A DNA stretch of 64,000 nt from an uncultured bacterium (GTDB lineage: Bacteria; Abyssobacteria; SURF-5). The notes beneath the pieces are model-generated. The model ran no database searches. It was not told the origin of the DNA and saw only the letters and a program-made list of their open reading frames with translations. Location: NCBI GenBank assembly GCA_964607485.1, contig CAZSKP010000005.1:1-64000 (forward strand), read 5' to 3'. The position numbers and the translations under genes were made by a program. Of this stretch, positions 21,371 to 31,326 are shown piece after piece. Positions within the stretch are counted from its first letter, which is position 1. Each line of letters opens with the position of its first letter.

Positions 21371-21979
21371 ATGACCGGACACAGGACAGCTTCTCACCCC
21401 CGCCTCGGCCTCATCCATATATACACCGGCGAGGGAAAGGGCAAGACCACGTCGGCGCTGGGGATGGCCGTGCGCGCCGTCGGGAACGGGCTCAATGTCA
21501 TAATGATACAGTTTCTGAAAAGCTCGAACCGATACGGCGAACTTGAGGGCGCGAGCAGGCTCGGGCCGGGTTTCGAGATCGTTCAGATGGGGCCGGAGTG
21601 CGTCCGGCTCAAGAAAGACCCGACCGCCGACGGCAAATGCATCGGATGCATGGAGTGTCACGTCGACCCAGAAAACCCAAAGGTTTCCGACATGGAAGCC
21701 GCGCGGAAGGCCCTCGAATTCGCGGAAAAATGTGTCACCGGGGGCGAATACGACCTCGTCATACTGGATGAGATCAACTATGCCGTGGATTTCAACCTGC
21801 TTTCGGCGGAGGAGGTCGTCTCGCTCCTCAAGCGTAAGCACGATTCAGTCGAAGTTGTTCTAACGGGAAGAGCCGCGCATCCAATGCTTGTTGAACTGGC
21901 CGATTACGTGACGGAAATGCGCGAAATCAAGCATCCGTGGCGCCAGGGCGTCGCGGCGCGCCCCGGGGTCGAATACTGA
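21371..21979 (+). CDS. cobO: Cob(I)yrinic acid a,c-diamide adenosyltransferase (CobO/BtuR family)
   Basis: IYTGEGKGKTTSALG, IQFLK, DLVILDEIN, VLTGR, ADYVTEM..KHP..GVEY. Confidence 0.92.
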   Translation: MTGHRTASHPRLGLIHIYTGEGKGKTTSALGMAVRAVGNGLNVIMIQFLKSSNRYGELEGASRLGPGFEIVQMGPECVRLKKDPTADGKCIGCMECHVDPENPKVSDMEAARKALEFAEKCVTGGEYDLVILDEINYAVDFNLLSAEEVVSLLKRKHDSVEVVLTGRAAHPMLVELADYVTEMREIKHPWRQGVAARPGVEY

Positions 21980-21992
21980 AGAAAAGCATCGC

Positions 21993-22559
21993 ATGCCAAG
22001 CACCCGCGACCAGATTGGAAACTTCTTCAAGAGCTTTTCGGCAAAACAGTTTCTTGTGCTCTTTCTCGAAGAATACGTGGCGTGGATTTTTCGATACATC
22101 CCCGGCTTCGAAGGCTTCGCGCTCCGATACGCCTTCTACAAGTTTCTGTGCAAGAAGATCGAACCGTTCCCGTTCATCTTCCCCGGTGCCTTTCTTCAGC
22201 ATTCGTACGGAATAGAGGCCGGACGAAACCTCAACATCAACCGGGGTGTCCACATTTACGGGCGGGGCGGGATAACGTTCGGAGATTATGTCCTCATAGG
22301 GCCCAACGTGGTTATCGCCTCCTCTCAACACCGCTACAACATCGAGGGGACGCCCGTGATGTTCCAGGGTCACGAAAAGAAGCGGGTCGTCATAGGGAAC
22401 GACGTGTGGATAGGCGCCAATGCCGTGATACTGCCGGGCGTGACGATCGGAGACGGCACGATAATCGGGGCCGGAGCGGTTGTCACGAGCGATACCGAGC
22501 CTCATTCCATAGTCGGTGGCGTGCCCGCCCGAAAGATTGGCGAGCGCACTCGTCCGTAA
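21993..22559 (+). CDS. Hexapeptide-repeat O-acetyltransferase
   Basis: IGNDVWIGANAVILPGVTIGDGTIIGAGAVV, GGVPARKI. Confidence 0.9.
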   Translation: MPSTRDQIGNFFKSFSAKQFLVLFLEEYVAWIFRYIPGFEGFALRYAFYKFLCKKIEPFPFIFPGAFLQHSYGIEAGRNLNINRGVHIYGRGGITFGDYVLIGPNVVIASSQHRYNIEGTPVMFQGHEKKRVVIGNDVWIGANAVILPGVTIGDGTIIGAGAVVTSDTEPHSIVGGVPARKIGERTRP

Positions 22560-22666
22560 GGGGAATAGAGGGAACGCCCGCCTGCCGATTTATCTCCCTT
22601 CATCTGCCGCAGGCGGTTTATGCCGACTCAAAGGTGGGGTTGCCAGATTGCTCGCTCCATCTTGGC

Positions 22667-23650
22667 TCAACGCACGAATAAGAACACCTTGACGAGCTGC
22701 TTCCTCCCTTTCACCTGCTTCTCTCCCAGACTTCGGAACGAGTGGCTGCTCTTTGTGAGCGAGTGTGTGCTGGATGATATGAGGATTTGGCCGGGTTCGG
22801 CCAAAGTGCAGAGGCGGTTGGCCAGATTAACCGTATCTCCGATGACCGTGTACTCCATCCTTTCCACCGAGCCAAGGCTTCCCGCGGTCACCTTTCCCGA
22901 ATTAATCCCCACTCTTATTCTGAGGGTAATGTCGTCGCCGAACCTGAGGGACTCCATTGCGTCCTGCAATCTTATCGCCGCCTCTACTGCTTTGTCCGCG
23001 TGGTCGGCCTGTTCTTTGGGGGTGCCGAATATCGCCATAACCGCATCGCCCGCGATCTGATTGAGTGTGCCTTCATTGCCAAAGATAACCTCCCCAAAGT
23101 TATGAAAGATCCTGTTCAACATTTCCATTACTTGATGGGGAGAGAGGTTTTCACAGAGGCTGGTAAATCCGCAGATGTCGGCGAACAGCACGGAGACCTC
23201 GACGTCCTTCCCTTTCAGCTCGTACTTGTCGGGGTCGGTGAGGACCTCATCGACGACAAGGGGAGAAAGGAAATGCTGTAATCGGAGGCGAAGCGCTCTT
23301 TCCGCCTCCGCTTCCTTCCTCTCTTTTGCTTCGAGCGACGAGAGAACGCTCGTAGTGACCGACACGATGATGAAGATTACCACAAACCCCAGTAGGTTTA
23401 TGTTGTCGGTCAGATTGTGCTTCCAGCCGAGAAACACATGAGGCAGGTAGAGCATCGTGATTAATATGAACGTTACCGCGGCCCCGCGGAAACCGTACCA
23501 GTACGCTCCGCAGATAAGCGGGATCACGTACAAGACTCGAAAGAACAGATGAATCGAATAAAGCAGAGGGTCTCTGGAGCGGGTCGTGTAGTGCACGACC
23601 GTAATTGCGACAATGGAGGCAACAAGGGCGAGAATTCTCTTAGTTTTCAT
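22667..23650 (-). CDS. Class III adenylate/guanylate cyclase with an N-terminal 4-TM sensor
   Basis: LFADICGFT, GDAVMAIFG, RVGINSG, YTVIGDTVNLANRL, VKGR; N-terminal TM region with His residues. Confidence 0.9.
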   Translation of the reverse strand: MKTKRILALVASIVAITVVHYTTRSRDPLLYSIHLFFRVLYVIPLICGAYWYGFRGAAVTFILITMLYLPHVFLGWKHNLTDNINLLGFVVIFIIVSVTTSVLSSLEAKERKEAEAERALRLRLQHFLSPLVVDEVLTDPDKYELKGKDVEVSVLFADICGFTSLCENLSPHQVMEMLNRIFHNFGEVIFGNEGTLNQIAGDAVMAIFGTPKEQADHADKAVEAAIRLQDAMESLRFGDDITLRIRVGINSGKVTAGSLGSVERMEYTVIGDTVNLANRLCTLAEPGQILISSSTHSLTKSSHSFRSLGEKQVKGRKQLVKVFLFVR

Positions 23651-23775
23651 AAATGGTTCGTTATCGCGCGGTGGCGAAGAAAATCATGCACAAATCGACG
23701 CGCGCGGCAGGTATCGCTGCTTCAAGCGATAGAGCATGATCTGATCCCTCCGCGTGCTCCGGGATCTCACCAGCC

Positions 23776-24438
23776 TCAACAGCCTGCCTGCCCGCGTTCG
23801 CCCGTAGAAAGATAGGCAAAACCTCCGTAGAACTCCATCAGGGTGCTGTTCTTGAGGTATCTTTCAATTGATTCCCACGGATGACGCTCTGCCAATTCCT
23901 TTGTGACGCCGAATGGGCGCGTAACGAGAATAGCCAACGGAGCGAGAAGTGCAAGCCAATTCGAAGGCATCTTGAAATCCAATATGGCCCAGCGCTTTCC
24001 AACCTTCAGGGCCTTACAGCCATTCTGGATCACTCTATCGAATTCAGGGGCCAGCGTGATTGCGAAGGTCGAAATTATTCCATCCACCCCCGACGGAAAT
24101 TGAAACGCGGCGGCGTTCTCGTGTACGAGTTCCACGTTCGACCAGCCATTTGATTCCACCCGCTTACGAGCTTGCCCCAGCATGGAATCCGTCAAATCAA
24201 CTCCGATGATCTTCCCCTCAGGCCCCACAGCTTGTTCTAACAATGAAAAGTTCAAGCCTGTGCCGCACCCTATCTCCACGACGGTATCGCCGCGTTTCAG
24301 ATTCAGCGCTTCGACTGCTCTTTTTCGATATGCCCATTCTCTGAATCCGACCACGTAATAGAGGTTGGCAGTGAAGTCGTAGTGTTTGGCTCTGTTTCGA
24401 TAGAGGTTAACGGTTTCTTTCGTGGTTGGGACAGTCAT
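23776..24438 (-). CDS. Class I SAM-dependent methyltransferase (UbiE/PmtA-like)
   Basis: VVEIGCGTGLN, IIGVDLT..ML; start overlaps the cusA stop (ATGA). Confidence 0.9.
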   Translation of the reverse strand: MTVPTTKETVNLYRNRAKHYDFTANLYYVVGFREWAYRKRAVEALNLKRGDTVVEIGCGTGLNFSLLEQAVGPEGKIIGVDLTDSMLGQARKRVESNGWSNVELVHENAAAFQFPSGVDGIISTFAITLAPEFDRVIQNGCKALKVGKRWAILDFKMPSNWLALLAPLAILVTRPFGVTKELAERHPWESIERYLKNSTLMEFYGGFAYLSTGERGQAGC

Positions 24439-27400
24439 TGTGTCGCCTCCCGGGACTTCAAATCACTGGAAGGTTCTTCGTCGGCCAGTTCGGGGGTGGG
24501 GACGCCTTCTCTCAACCCGCGCACTTTCCACAGGTAGTATATCGCCGGGAAAATGACAAGCACAACGATCATCGAGGTGAACAGTCCGCCGACCATGGGA
24601 GCGGCGATGCGTTTCATCACGTCGGAGCCCGTGCCCGAGCCCCACATGATGGGCAGCAGCCCCACGATGGTTGTCGTTACAGTCATCATTTTTGGACGAA
24701 CCCTTTTGACGGCGCCATGGTGAATCGCTTCTTTCAGGTCGCCGGTCGTGTTCATCCTCCCCTCGCGCGTCCATTGGGCGTGAGCGAGGTCGAGATAGAG
24801 GAGCATGACGACACCGGTCTCCGCGTCGAGCCCGGCCAGGGCCAGGATGCCCACCCAGACCGCGATGCTGAAATTGTAACCCAGCAGATACATCAGCCAT
24901 ATCGCTCCCACCAGCGAAAACGGAACGGCAAGGAACACGATGATGGTTTCGGTCACCGATTTTGTGTTCAGGTACAGGAGGACGAAGATGATCATTATCG
25001 TCATGGGAACGACATACATCAGGCGCCGCTTGGCCCGCTGCATGTATTCATACTGGCCGCTCCACGTGACCGTATAACCTGCGGGAACTTGAACCTGTTC
25101 CGCGACGGCGTTCTGAGCCATCTTGACATAGGTTCCGACGTCGATGTTCCTGATGTCAACGTATATCCAGGCGTTCGGCCGCGAGTTCTCGGTCTTGATA
25201 GAGGGCGCGGCCTTCTCGAAATAGATGTCGGCAAGCTGTGCGAGCGGAATCTGCTGGCCCATCGGAGTCGGAACGAGCACGCGCTTCAGGGACTCGACGT
25301 CGTCGCGCAGTTCGCGGCTGTAGCGCAGGTTGATGGGGTAGCGCTCCAACCCCTCGACGGTGGTGCTGATGTTCATCCCGCCTATCGCCGACTGGAGCAC
25401 GTCCTCCACGTCCTGGACGGAGAGGCCATACCTGGCTATCTCGTCGCGTTTGATTCTAAAATTGAGGTAGTTGCCGCCGAACACCCGTTCGGAATACGCG
25501 CTCAGAGTGCCGGGCACCTGCCTCACCACCGCCTCGATTTCGCGGCCCACTTGTTCGAGCACTTTCAGGTCGGGACCTGCGACTTTTATGCCCACTGGCG
25601 TCTTGATGCCGGTGCTGAGCATATCGATGCGCGTCTTTATCGGCATGGTCCAGGCGTTCGTTACGCCAGGAAAATGGATGGCGGCATCGAGCTCATTGAC
25701 GAGCTTCTTCGGCGTCATGCCGGGTCGCCACTCGCTTTCCGGCTTCAACATGATGGTCGTCTCTATCATGCTCAGCGGCGCCGGGTCGGTTGCCGTATCG
25801 GCCCGGCCGACTTTGCCGAAGACGTGGTGAACCTCGGGGAACTGCCGAATTATCTTGTCGGTCTGCTGCAGAAGCTCACGCGCCTTCGTCGTCGAGATGC
25901 TGGGCAACGTGGTCGGCATGTAGAGCAGGTCGCCTTCGTAAAGCGGTGGCATGAACTCGCTGCCTATTTTTTTGTAGGGGACCAGAGTGAACGCCATTAT
26001 CAGGGCGGCGGCGATTAAGACGGTTTTCTTGTATTTCAGAACGAAATTCAGCACAGGAGTGTAGAGCCAAATCAGGAACCTGCTCACCGGATGGCGCTCC
26101 TCGTGGATGATTTTGCCCCGAATCCAGTACCCCATCAGCACGGGAACGATGGTGATTGCAAGGAGGGAGGAGGCCCCCATCGCGTACGTCTTCGTGAAGG
26201 CGAGCGGCTTGAACAACCTCCCTTCCTGGGCCTGAAGCGCGAAGATGGGAACGAAGGACAGCGTAATGACCAACAGGGAATAGAAAAGAGTCGGCCCGAC
26301 CTCTACGGATGCATTCCTAATGATGTCCCAGTGGGGTTTCTTGCCCGCGTCCTTCTCCATGTGCTTGTGAGCGTTCTCGATCATCACGATGGCGGCGTCG
26401 ACCATTGCGCCTATGGCGATCGCGATGCCGCCCATCGACATGATGTTCGAGTTGACCCCCTGTTGTTTCATTATGATGAAAGAGATGAGGACGGCGACGG
26501 GCAGCGTGAAAATGGCCACGAGTGAGCTGCGGAGATGGAACAGAAAAATTCCGCACACGATCGCGACGACGATCATTTCCTCCGTCAGCTTCTCACGCAG
26601 GTTGTGGATCGCACGTTCTATCAGAGACGAGCGATCGTACACGACCGTGATATTGACGTCGGAGGGCAGGCCGCCCTTGAGCCTCTCGAGCTTCGCCTTG
26701 ACGCGGTCTATGACGTCGAGCGCGTTGGCGCCGTATCTGACCACGACAACCCCGCCGACGACCTCTCCTTCTCCATTCAACTCGGCGATGCCGCGCCTTA
26801 TGTCGGGACCGAGCCCGACGTTGGCGACGTCCTTGAGCAGTATCGGCGTTCCGTTCATATCCACGCCGACGACCGCCTTCTTGAGGTCTTCGACGTTCTC
26901 CACGTAGCCCAGGCCACGCACCATGAATTCCTTTTCCGACATCTCGAGCACTCTGCCGCCCACATCGTTATTGCTGCGCTGTATGGCCATTTTGACCTTG
27001 CTCAGAGGCAGGTTGTAGGCGAGAAGCTTCACGGGATCGACGGTCGCCTGGTATTGCCTGACAAACCCGCCGATGCTCGCGACCTCAGACACGCCCTCGA
27101 CGCTCGTCAGCTCATATTTGAGATACCAGTCCTGTATGGAACGCAGCTGGCTCAGGTCGCGCTTGTCGGATGTGAGCGCATACATGAAGGCCCAGCCGAC
27201 CCCAGTCGCGTCGGGGCCGAGGGTGGGAGTGATCCCCTTTGGCAGGCGGCCCGACACATAGTTGAGATATTCGAGCACGCGGCTGCGCGCCCAGTACATG
27301 TCGGTGCCGTCCTCGAATATGACGTAAACAAACGAGAAGCCGAAGAATGAATAGCCTCGTACGACCTTCGCGTATGGCACCGCGAGCATCTGCGTGGTGA

Positions 27401-27605
27401 TGGGATACGTCACCTGGTCCTCGACAACCCGGGGCGCCTGTCCCGGATATTCGGTGAAGATTATCACCTGCACGTCGCTGAGGTCGGGAATCGCGTCGAG
27501 TGGGATCGTCGTGACGGAATAGACTCCCCAGGCGATGATGAAAAGCGTGGCGAGAATGACGAAGAATTTATTATTCAGCGACCATTTAATGATTCTTTCG
27601 AGCAT
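24435..27605 (-). CDS. cusA: Heavy-metal RND efflux permease (CusA/CzcA family)
   Basis: PLDAIPDLSDVQVII, GPDATGVGW, EFMPPLYEGDLLYMPTT, DPAPLSMIET, KRVRPKMMT. Confidence 0.96.
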   Translation of the reverse strand: MLERIIKWSLNNKFFVILATLFIIAWGVYSVTTIPLDAIPDLSDVQVIIFTEYPGQAPRVVEDQVTYPITTQMLAVPYAKVVRGYSFFGFSFVYVIFEDGTDMYWARSRVLEYLNYVSGRLPKGITPTLGPDATGVGWAFMYALTSDKRDLSQLRSIQDWYLKYELTSVEGVSEVASIGGFVRQYQATVDPVKLLAYNLPLSKVKMAIQRSNNDVGGRVLEMSEKEFMVRGLGYVENVEDLKKAVVGVDMNGTPILLKDVANVGLGPDIRRGIAELNGEGEVVGGVVVVRYGANALDVIDRVKAKLERLKGGLPSDVNITVVYDRSSLIERAIHNLREKLTEEMIVVAIVCGIFLFHLRSSLVAIFTLPVAVLISFIIMKQQGVNSNIMSMGGIAIAIGAMVDAAIVMIENAHKHMEKDAGKKPHWDIIRNASVEVGPTLFYSLLVITLSFVPIFALQAQEGRLFKPLAFTKTYAMGASSLLAITIVPVLMGYWIRGKIIHEERHPVSRFLIWLYTPVLNFVLKYKKTVLIAAALIMAFTLVPYKKIGSEFMPPLYEGDLLYMPTTLPSISTTKARELLQQTDKIIRQFPEVHHVFGKVGRADTATDPAPLSMIETTIMLKPESEWRPGMTPKKLVNELDAAIHFPGVTNAWTMPIKTRIDMLSTGIKTPVGIKVAGPDLKVLEQVGREIEAVVRQVPGTLSAYSERVFGGNYLNFRIKRDEIARYGLSVQDVEDVLQSAIGGMNISTTVEGLERYPINLRYSRELRDDVESLKRVLVPTPMGQQIPLAQLADIYFEKAAPSIKTENSRPNAWIYVDIRNIDVGTYVKMAQNAVAEQVQVPAGYTVTWSGQYEYMQRAKRRLMYVVPMTIMIIFVLLYLNTKSVTETIIVFLAVPFSLVGAIWLMYLLGYNFSIAVWVGILALAGLDAETGVVMLLYLDLAHAQWTREGRMNTTGDLKEAIHHGAVKRVRPKMMTVTTTIVGLLPIMWGSGTGSDVMKRIAAPMVGGLFTSMIVVLVIFPAIYYLWKVRGLREGVPTPELADEEPSSDLKSREATQ

Positions 27606-27649
27606 TGTTTATTATCCGGTGTTTTGGCCTTTTACGGGCGAATAGCTGT

Positions 27650-29590
27650 TCAGCCTATCTCTCCGACTTTTGTCCCGCAACGAGGCATTGCGGAGCCGAG
27701 GAACGGGTTGCTCACTTGTTCGGTGTCCTGAATCCATCGCTCTTTGACCATCGGACACTCGATGATCGTGTACTTCTTCGGCATCTTCACGTCGTGCGAC
27801 TCGAAGATGGCCACGAGCGCGCGGCTCAGGAACTTCATTGATTCCCGGGCCGCATTCAAATCGTCGGTCTTCATCCCGGCCGCCGCTTTTTCGAGCGCTT
27901 CAAGCTGTGTTTTCAACATCGATTTGTCGGTGTTGCGCGCCGCACTGCCTGCGGCCTCAGCCAATTCCCTCGCATGTTGCCCGATGCCGACGGTCGAATC
28001 CTTCGCCAACGCCCTCCATATGGGCAGGTACGCGTCGAGGACTCCCTGCAGCGCCTCGATGGTTTTCGGGTCGTCGATCTGCGGCTTCATCTGGTTCTTG
28101 GAGTGGTCCATGCTCTTGGTCTCGGACCCGCGCGTCGCGTCTTTCGTCCCGGAGCCTTGCTCCATGCCTTTTGTGGCTGGCTCTTCAAAGCCTTTAATTG
28201 CGGGACCGGGGGGTTGTCCCTTCTTCGCCATAAGCATCTTGTTGATGGCCTCTCGCAGGTTGCTCTCGGAGTCGATGAGGAACTGGGAGGAGGTGACGAG
28301 CGTTTCGCCGCCCTCGAGACCCTCGAGCACCTGGTACATGCCCTCGCCTTGCAGGCCGAGCTTCACGTCGCGCGGCTCGAACCTGCCTCCGCCGATGTCG
28401 AGCACGACGACGTCTCTCTCGCCGCTGTGGAGCACGGCCATTTCGGGAACGAGGACGGCGTTTCTCGCCGCGACGGGAGAGAACTTGACGGTCGCGAACA
28501 TTTCCGGACGCAGCCTGCCGTCGGCATTGGGAATCTCGATGCACACCTTTATCGTCCTCGTCTGTTCGTCCAGATAGGGATAGAAAAACAGCACCTTCCC
28601 ATGGAAGGTCTCTCCGGGATAGTAGCTGATTTCGATCTGGGCTTCTTGGCCCGGCTTGATCCAGGGAAGTTGGTATTCGTATATCTCCACGTGAACCCAG
28701 AGGCTGGAGAGGTCGGCGATTTTATAGAGGTTCATGCCTGCCTTCGAGTACATGCCCTCGAGCGCCTCGTCCATCTTCTTCACGACGAGGCCCGACACGG
28801 GTGATACGACCGTGAGCGTCTTTGTTATCTCTCCCTTCTCTTCGAGCCGCCGTATCTGCTCGTCGGTTATGTCCCAGTAGAGCAGGCGGCTGCGACTCGC
28901 CTCGACGAGCCTGTCGGCTCGGGCAATGGCGTCTGGGAACCCGCTTTCCGCTATCTTGTCCCGAAATCTGAGCGCGTTGAGATATTCCTCCTGGGTGCTG
29001 ACAAGGTCGGGGCTGTATATCTCGAACAGGGGTTCTCCCTTCCTGACAGGCTGGCCGATATAATTGATATGGACCTTCTCCAGCCAGCCGTCGTATTTCG
29101 TGTTGACCCAGAAGATCTTGTCGTCGTTATAGTCGAGCGTCCCGACCGTGCGCACTTCGACCCTCAGGTCGCCTCGTTTGACTGTGTCGGTGAGCACCCC
29201 GATGTTTTGCACCGTGGCCGGGTCGATCTTTATCGCGCCTTCGGGGGCCTCGCCGGTCTCACCTGCGTATTTCGGAACCAAGTCCATGCCCATGGGGGAT
29301 TTCCCCGGCTTATCCCTGATGTATGTCGGGTCCATAGGCGCGTACCAGTACAATATCTTTCTTCCGCCGCTCTCCGCCTTTGGGGTGGCCGTCTCTTCCT
29401 GCGGCAGAATTGCCCGTTTCACTTTTTCAAACAGGCCCACCTTAAGCGGATTGGCGATGATGAACAGCGTAAGCCCGATTCCCAGGACGAATACGACTAT
29501 CCCGGTAATCGTCGTGCTCGCCTTGCCCGAATTGTCGAAGACCAAGGGTCGATTTCCTGCTATTTTCAGTAGTCTTCTTACCATCTTCAT
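27650..29590 (-). CDS. cusB: CusB-type periplasmic adaptor with an N-terminal metal-binding motif and a C-terminal DUF3347-like domain
   Basis: YWYAPMDP..PGKSPMGMDLVP, YSPDLVSTQEEY, SSQFLIDSES, C-terminal CPM..W..NPFLG..CG. Confidence 0.92.
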   Translation of the reverse strand: MKMVRRLLKIAGNRPLVFDNSGKASTTITGIVVFVLGIGLTLFIIANPLKVGLFEKVKRAILPQEETATPKAESGGRKILYWYAPMDPTYIRDKPGKSPMGMDLVPKYAGETGEAPEGAIKIDPATVQNIGVLTDTVKRGDLRVEVRTVGTLDYNDDKIFWVNTKYDGWLEKVHINYIGQPVRKGEPLFEIYSPDLVSTQEEYLNALRFRDKIAESGFPDAIARADRLVEASRSRLLYWDITDEQIRRLEEKGEITKTLTVVSPVSGLVVKKMDEALEGMYSKAGMNLYKIADLSSLWVHVEIYEYQLPWIKPGQEAQIEISYYPGETFHGKVLFFYPYLDEQTRTIKVCIEIPNADGRLRPEMFATVKFSPVAARNAVLVPEMAVLHSGERDVVVLDIGGGRFEPRDVKLGLQGEGMYQVLEGLEGGETLVTSSQFLIDSESNLREAINKMLMAKKGQPPGPAIKGFEEPATKGMEQGSGTKDATRGSETKSMDHSKNQMKPQIDDPKTIEALQGVLDAYLPIWRALAKDSTVGIGQHARELAEAAGSAARNTDKSMLKTQLEALEKAAAGMKTDDLNAARESMKFLSRALVAIFESHDVKMPKKYTIIECPMVKERWIQDTEQVSNPFLGSAMPRCGTKVGEIG

Positions 29591-29606
29591 CCTCTCGCTA
29601 TCCTGT

Positions 29607-31115
29607 TCATTTCTGCAGCGCCTGCTCGTCCGGGAAGGCCGTCCCGATTGCGCGCTCTATGTCCGCCAGGGCTTTCATGTAGTCCGACCTGAGCCTTGCA
29701 TCGGCCAGCCGCACGCTCAGCAGGAACCGCTCGCTGTCTATCAGGTCGAGCGCGTTCAGTTGGCCCGTGGCGTAGGCGGCCTGGGTCGAGTCGAGCGCCT
29801 GCTCGGCCTGGGGGATAAGCACACCCCGGTACAGGGCTACCTGGTCGAATGTGGTCTCTGCCCTCAGAAAGCCGTCGCGGATGGAGAAGTCCATCGCGTT
29901 CTCGACTTTGTCGTAACCTCTCTCGCTGGCCAGCTTGATTTCCTTGGCCTCCCTCACGCCCGACATCAGCTTGCCTTCCCATAAGGGAATGTTGAAGCCG
30001 AGCATTATCGAATAGGCGTCGCGGCCGTTGTCTTCGGGCGGCATGAGTTTTCCCGCGGCGTCTTTGCGGTCGTCGACGAATATGTAGTTGAACCCGACGG
30101 TGAAATCGGGAAAGTATTCCTTCTTCGCAAGCCGGATGGCCTGCTCGCCCTTCTCTATCATGTATCCCGCCGCCTTGAGCTCGTGCCGGTTCAGTCGTCC
30201 GGTCGCATAGAGACGCTCGAGGTCAATCTGCGCGCCGGGCATCGAAAGTGCGGAGAGCGAGGGAATAGGCTCGTGCGGGGGGCGGTCCATGAGCGTATTT
30301 AGGTTTGCGGCGACGGTTTCTCTCTGTTGGCGGAGCAGGTAAAGGCGGTCGTCGTCTCTGGTAATCTCGGCCTGAATCTTTATGACCGCCTGTTGTATTC
30401 CCTTGCCCGTCGAGTAGCGCGTCTCTGCGACTTCCCCAAAGTGTTCGAGCAGTTCCTTGTCCTGCTCGGTGACTCGTATTGCCTCGTCCAGATAGGCCAA
30501 GTCGTAGTAGGCTCGCTTCACCCCGACGACGATTTCCCGTATCTGCGCCTGGTATTGTTCAGCGGCGGCGAGGGCGTCTCTCAGCGCCATCTCCCCTCGG
30601 GCGTCCAGTTTTCCAACCCACGGAAATTTTTGCGATATCGAGAGGAGCGTGTCCTGAGGGCCGACGCGCGTTTCCGGCTTGTGGATGAACTGCGCAATGC
30701 TGAACATCGGGTCGGGAAGCGCGCTCACCTGGGGGATTCGCTGAAGCGCCGCGCGCCAGCCATGCTCCGATTCCCAGATCGCCGGGTTGGCGTAGATCGC
30801 GGTGTCGATATACTGCGAAAGGAGCGGGTCGTTGGAGAAATAAAACGCTCCGTATTCGCCCTTTTGGCCCGCTTCGTCGGTTCTCTGCGTGAGCGTTGAC
30901 GAACTCGTGGGGGTTTCGTACGTTAGCCCCATGAAGTCCTCCGGCTTGTCCCACAGGCCGAGGCGGTCCTGATTCTCCGGAATGGACGGCCCCCGGTCGG
31001 CAAAAAGTCGCGTCTCGGCACCGGATAAATCCTGCGCACACACAGCAACCGGAACGGACAAGAAAAAGGAAATCGCACATATAATCAAACCGGAAATTAT
31101 CCCTGTCTTTCTCAT
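29607..31115 (-). CDS. TolC-family outer membrane factor of the Cus system
   Basis: Signal peptide, LPDPM, SQKFPWVGKL, VKRAYYDL, FNIPLW; first gene of the cus operon. Start at ATG 31115 inferred. Confidence 0.88.
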   Translation of the reverse strand: MRKTGIISGLIICAISFFLSVPVAVCAQDLSGAETRLFADRGPSIPENQDRLGLWDKPEDFMGLTYETPTSSSTLTQRTDEAGQKGEYGAFYFSNDPLLSQYIDTAIYANPAIWESEHGWRAALQRIPQVSALPDPMFSIAQFIHKPETRVGPQDTLLSISQKFPWVGKLDARGEMALRDALAAAEQYQAQIREIVVGVKRAYYDLAYLDEAIRVTEQDKELLEHFGEVAETRYSTGKGIQQAVIKIQAEITRDDDRLYLLRQQRETVAANLNTLMDRPPHEPIPSLSALSMPGAQIDLERLYATGRLNRHELKAAGYMIEKGEQAIRLAKKEYFPDFTVGFNYIFVDDRKDAAGKLMPPEDNGRDAYSIMLGFNIPLWEGKLMSGVREAKEIKLASERGYDKVENAMDFSIRDGFLRAETTFDQVALYRGVLIPQAEQALDSTQAAYATGQLNALDLIDSERFLLSVRLADARLRSDYMKALADIERAIGTAFPDEQALQK

Positions 31116-31310
31116 TTTCACAATGTCCCCTTTCCTGTCGCCTTCAGCAAGTCGTTGTTGTTCCGTAAACTGTAACATATCCGCTGTTTGGGGGCAATCT
31201 GTGCATCTCGTCCATACTCTTCTCTTTCTCGCTGACAAGAAAGGTCGCGTACAAAAAAACTCCTCGAGGTCCCTCACAATCGAACCTGCCGAGGCGCTTG
31301 TCAATTGAAA

Positions 31311-31326
31311 AGCAAGAGGGATGCCA
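31311..31326 (-). promoter_or_regulatory. sigma54 promoter of the cus operon
   Basis: Minus strand reads TGGCATCCCTCTTGCT (GG-N10-GC), about 200 nt upstream of the TolC gene. Confidence 0.7.

Noticed and set aside
22667-23650. Cyclase as Pycsar defence
   Set aside because: Membrane-sensor class III architecture and no adjacent cNMP-binding effector.
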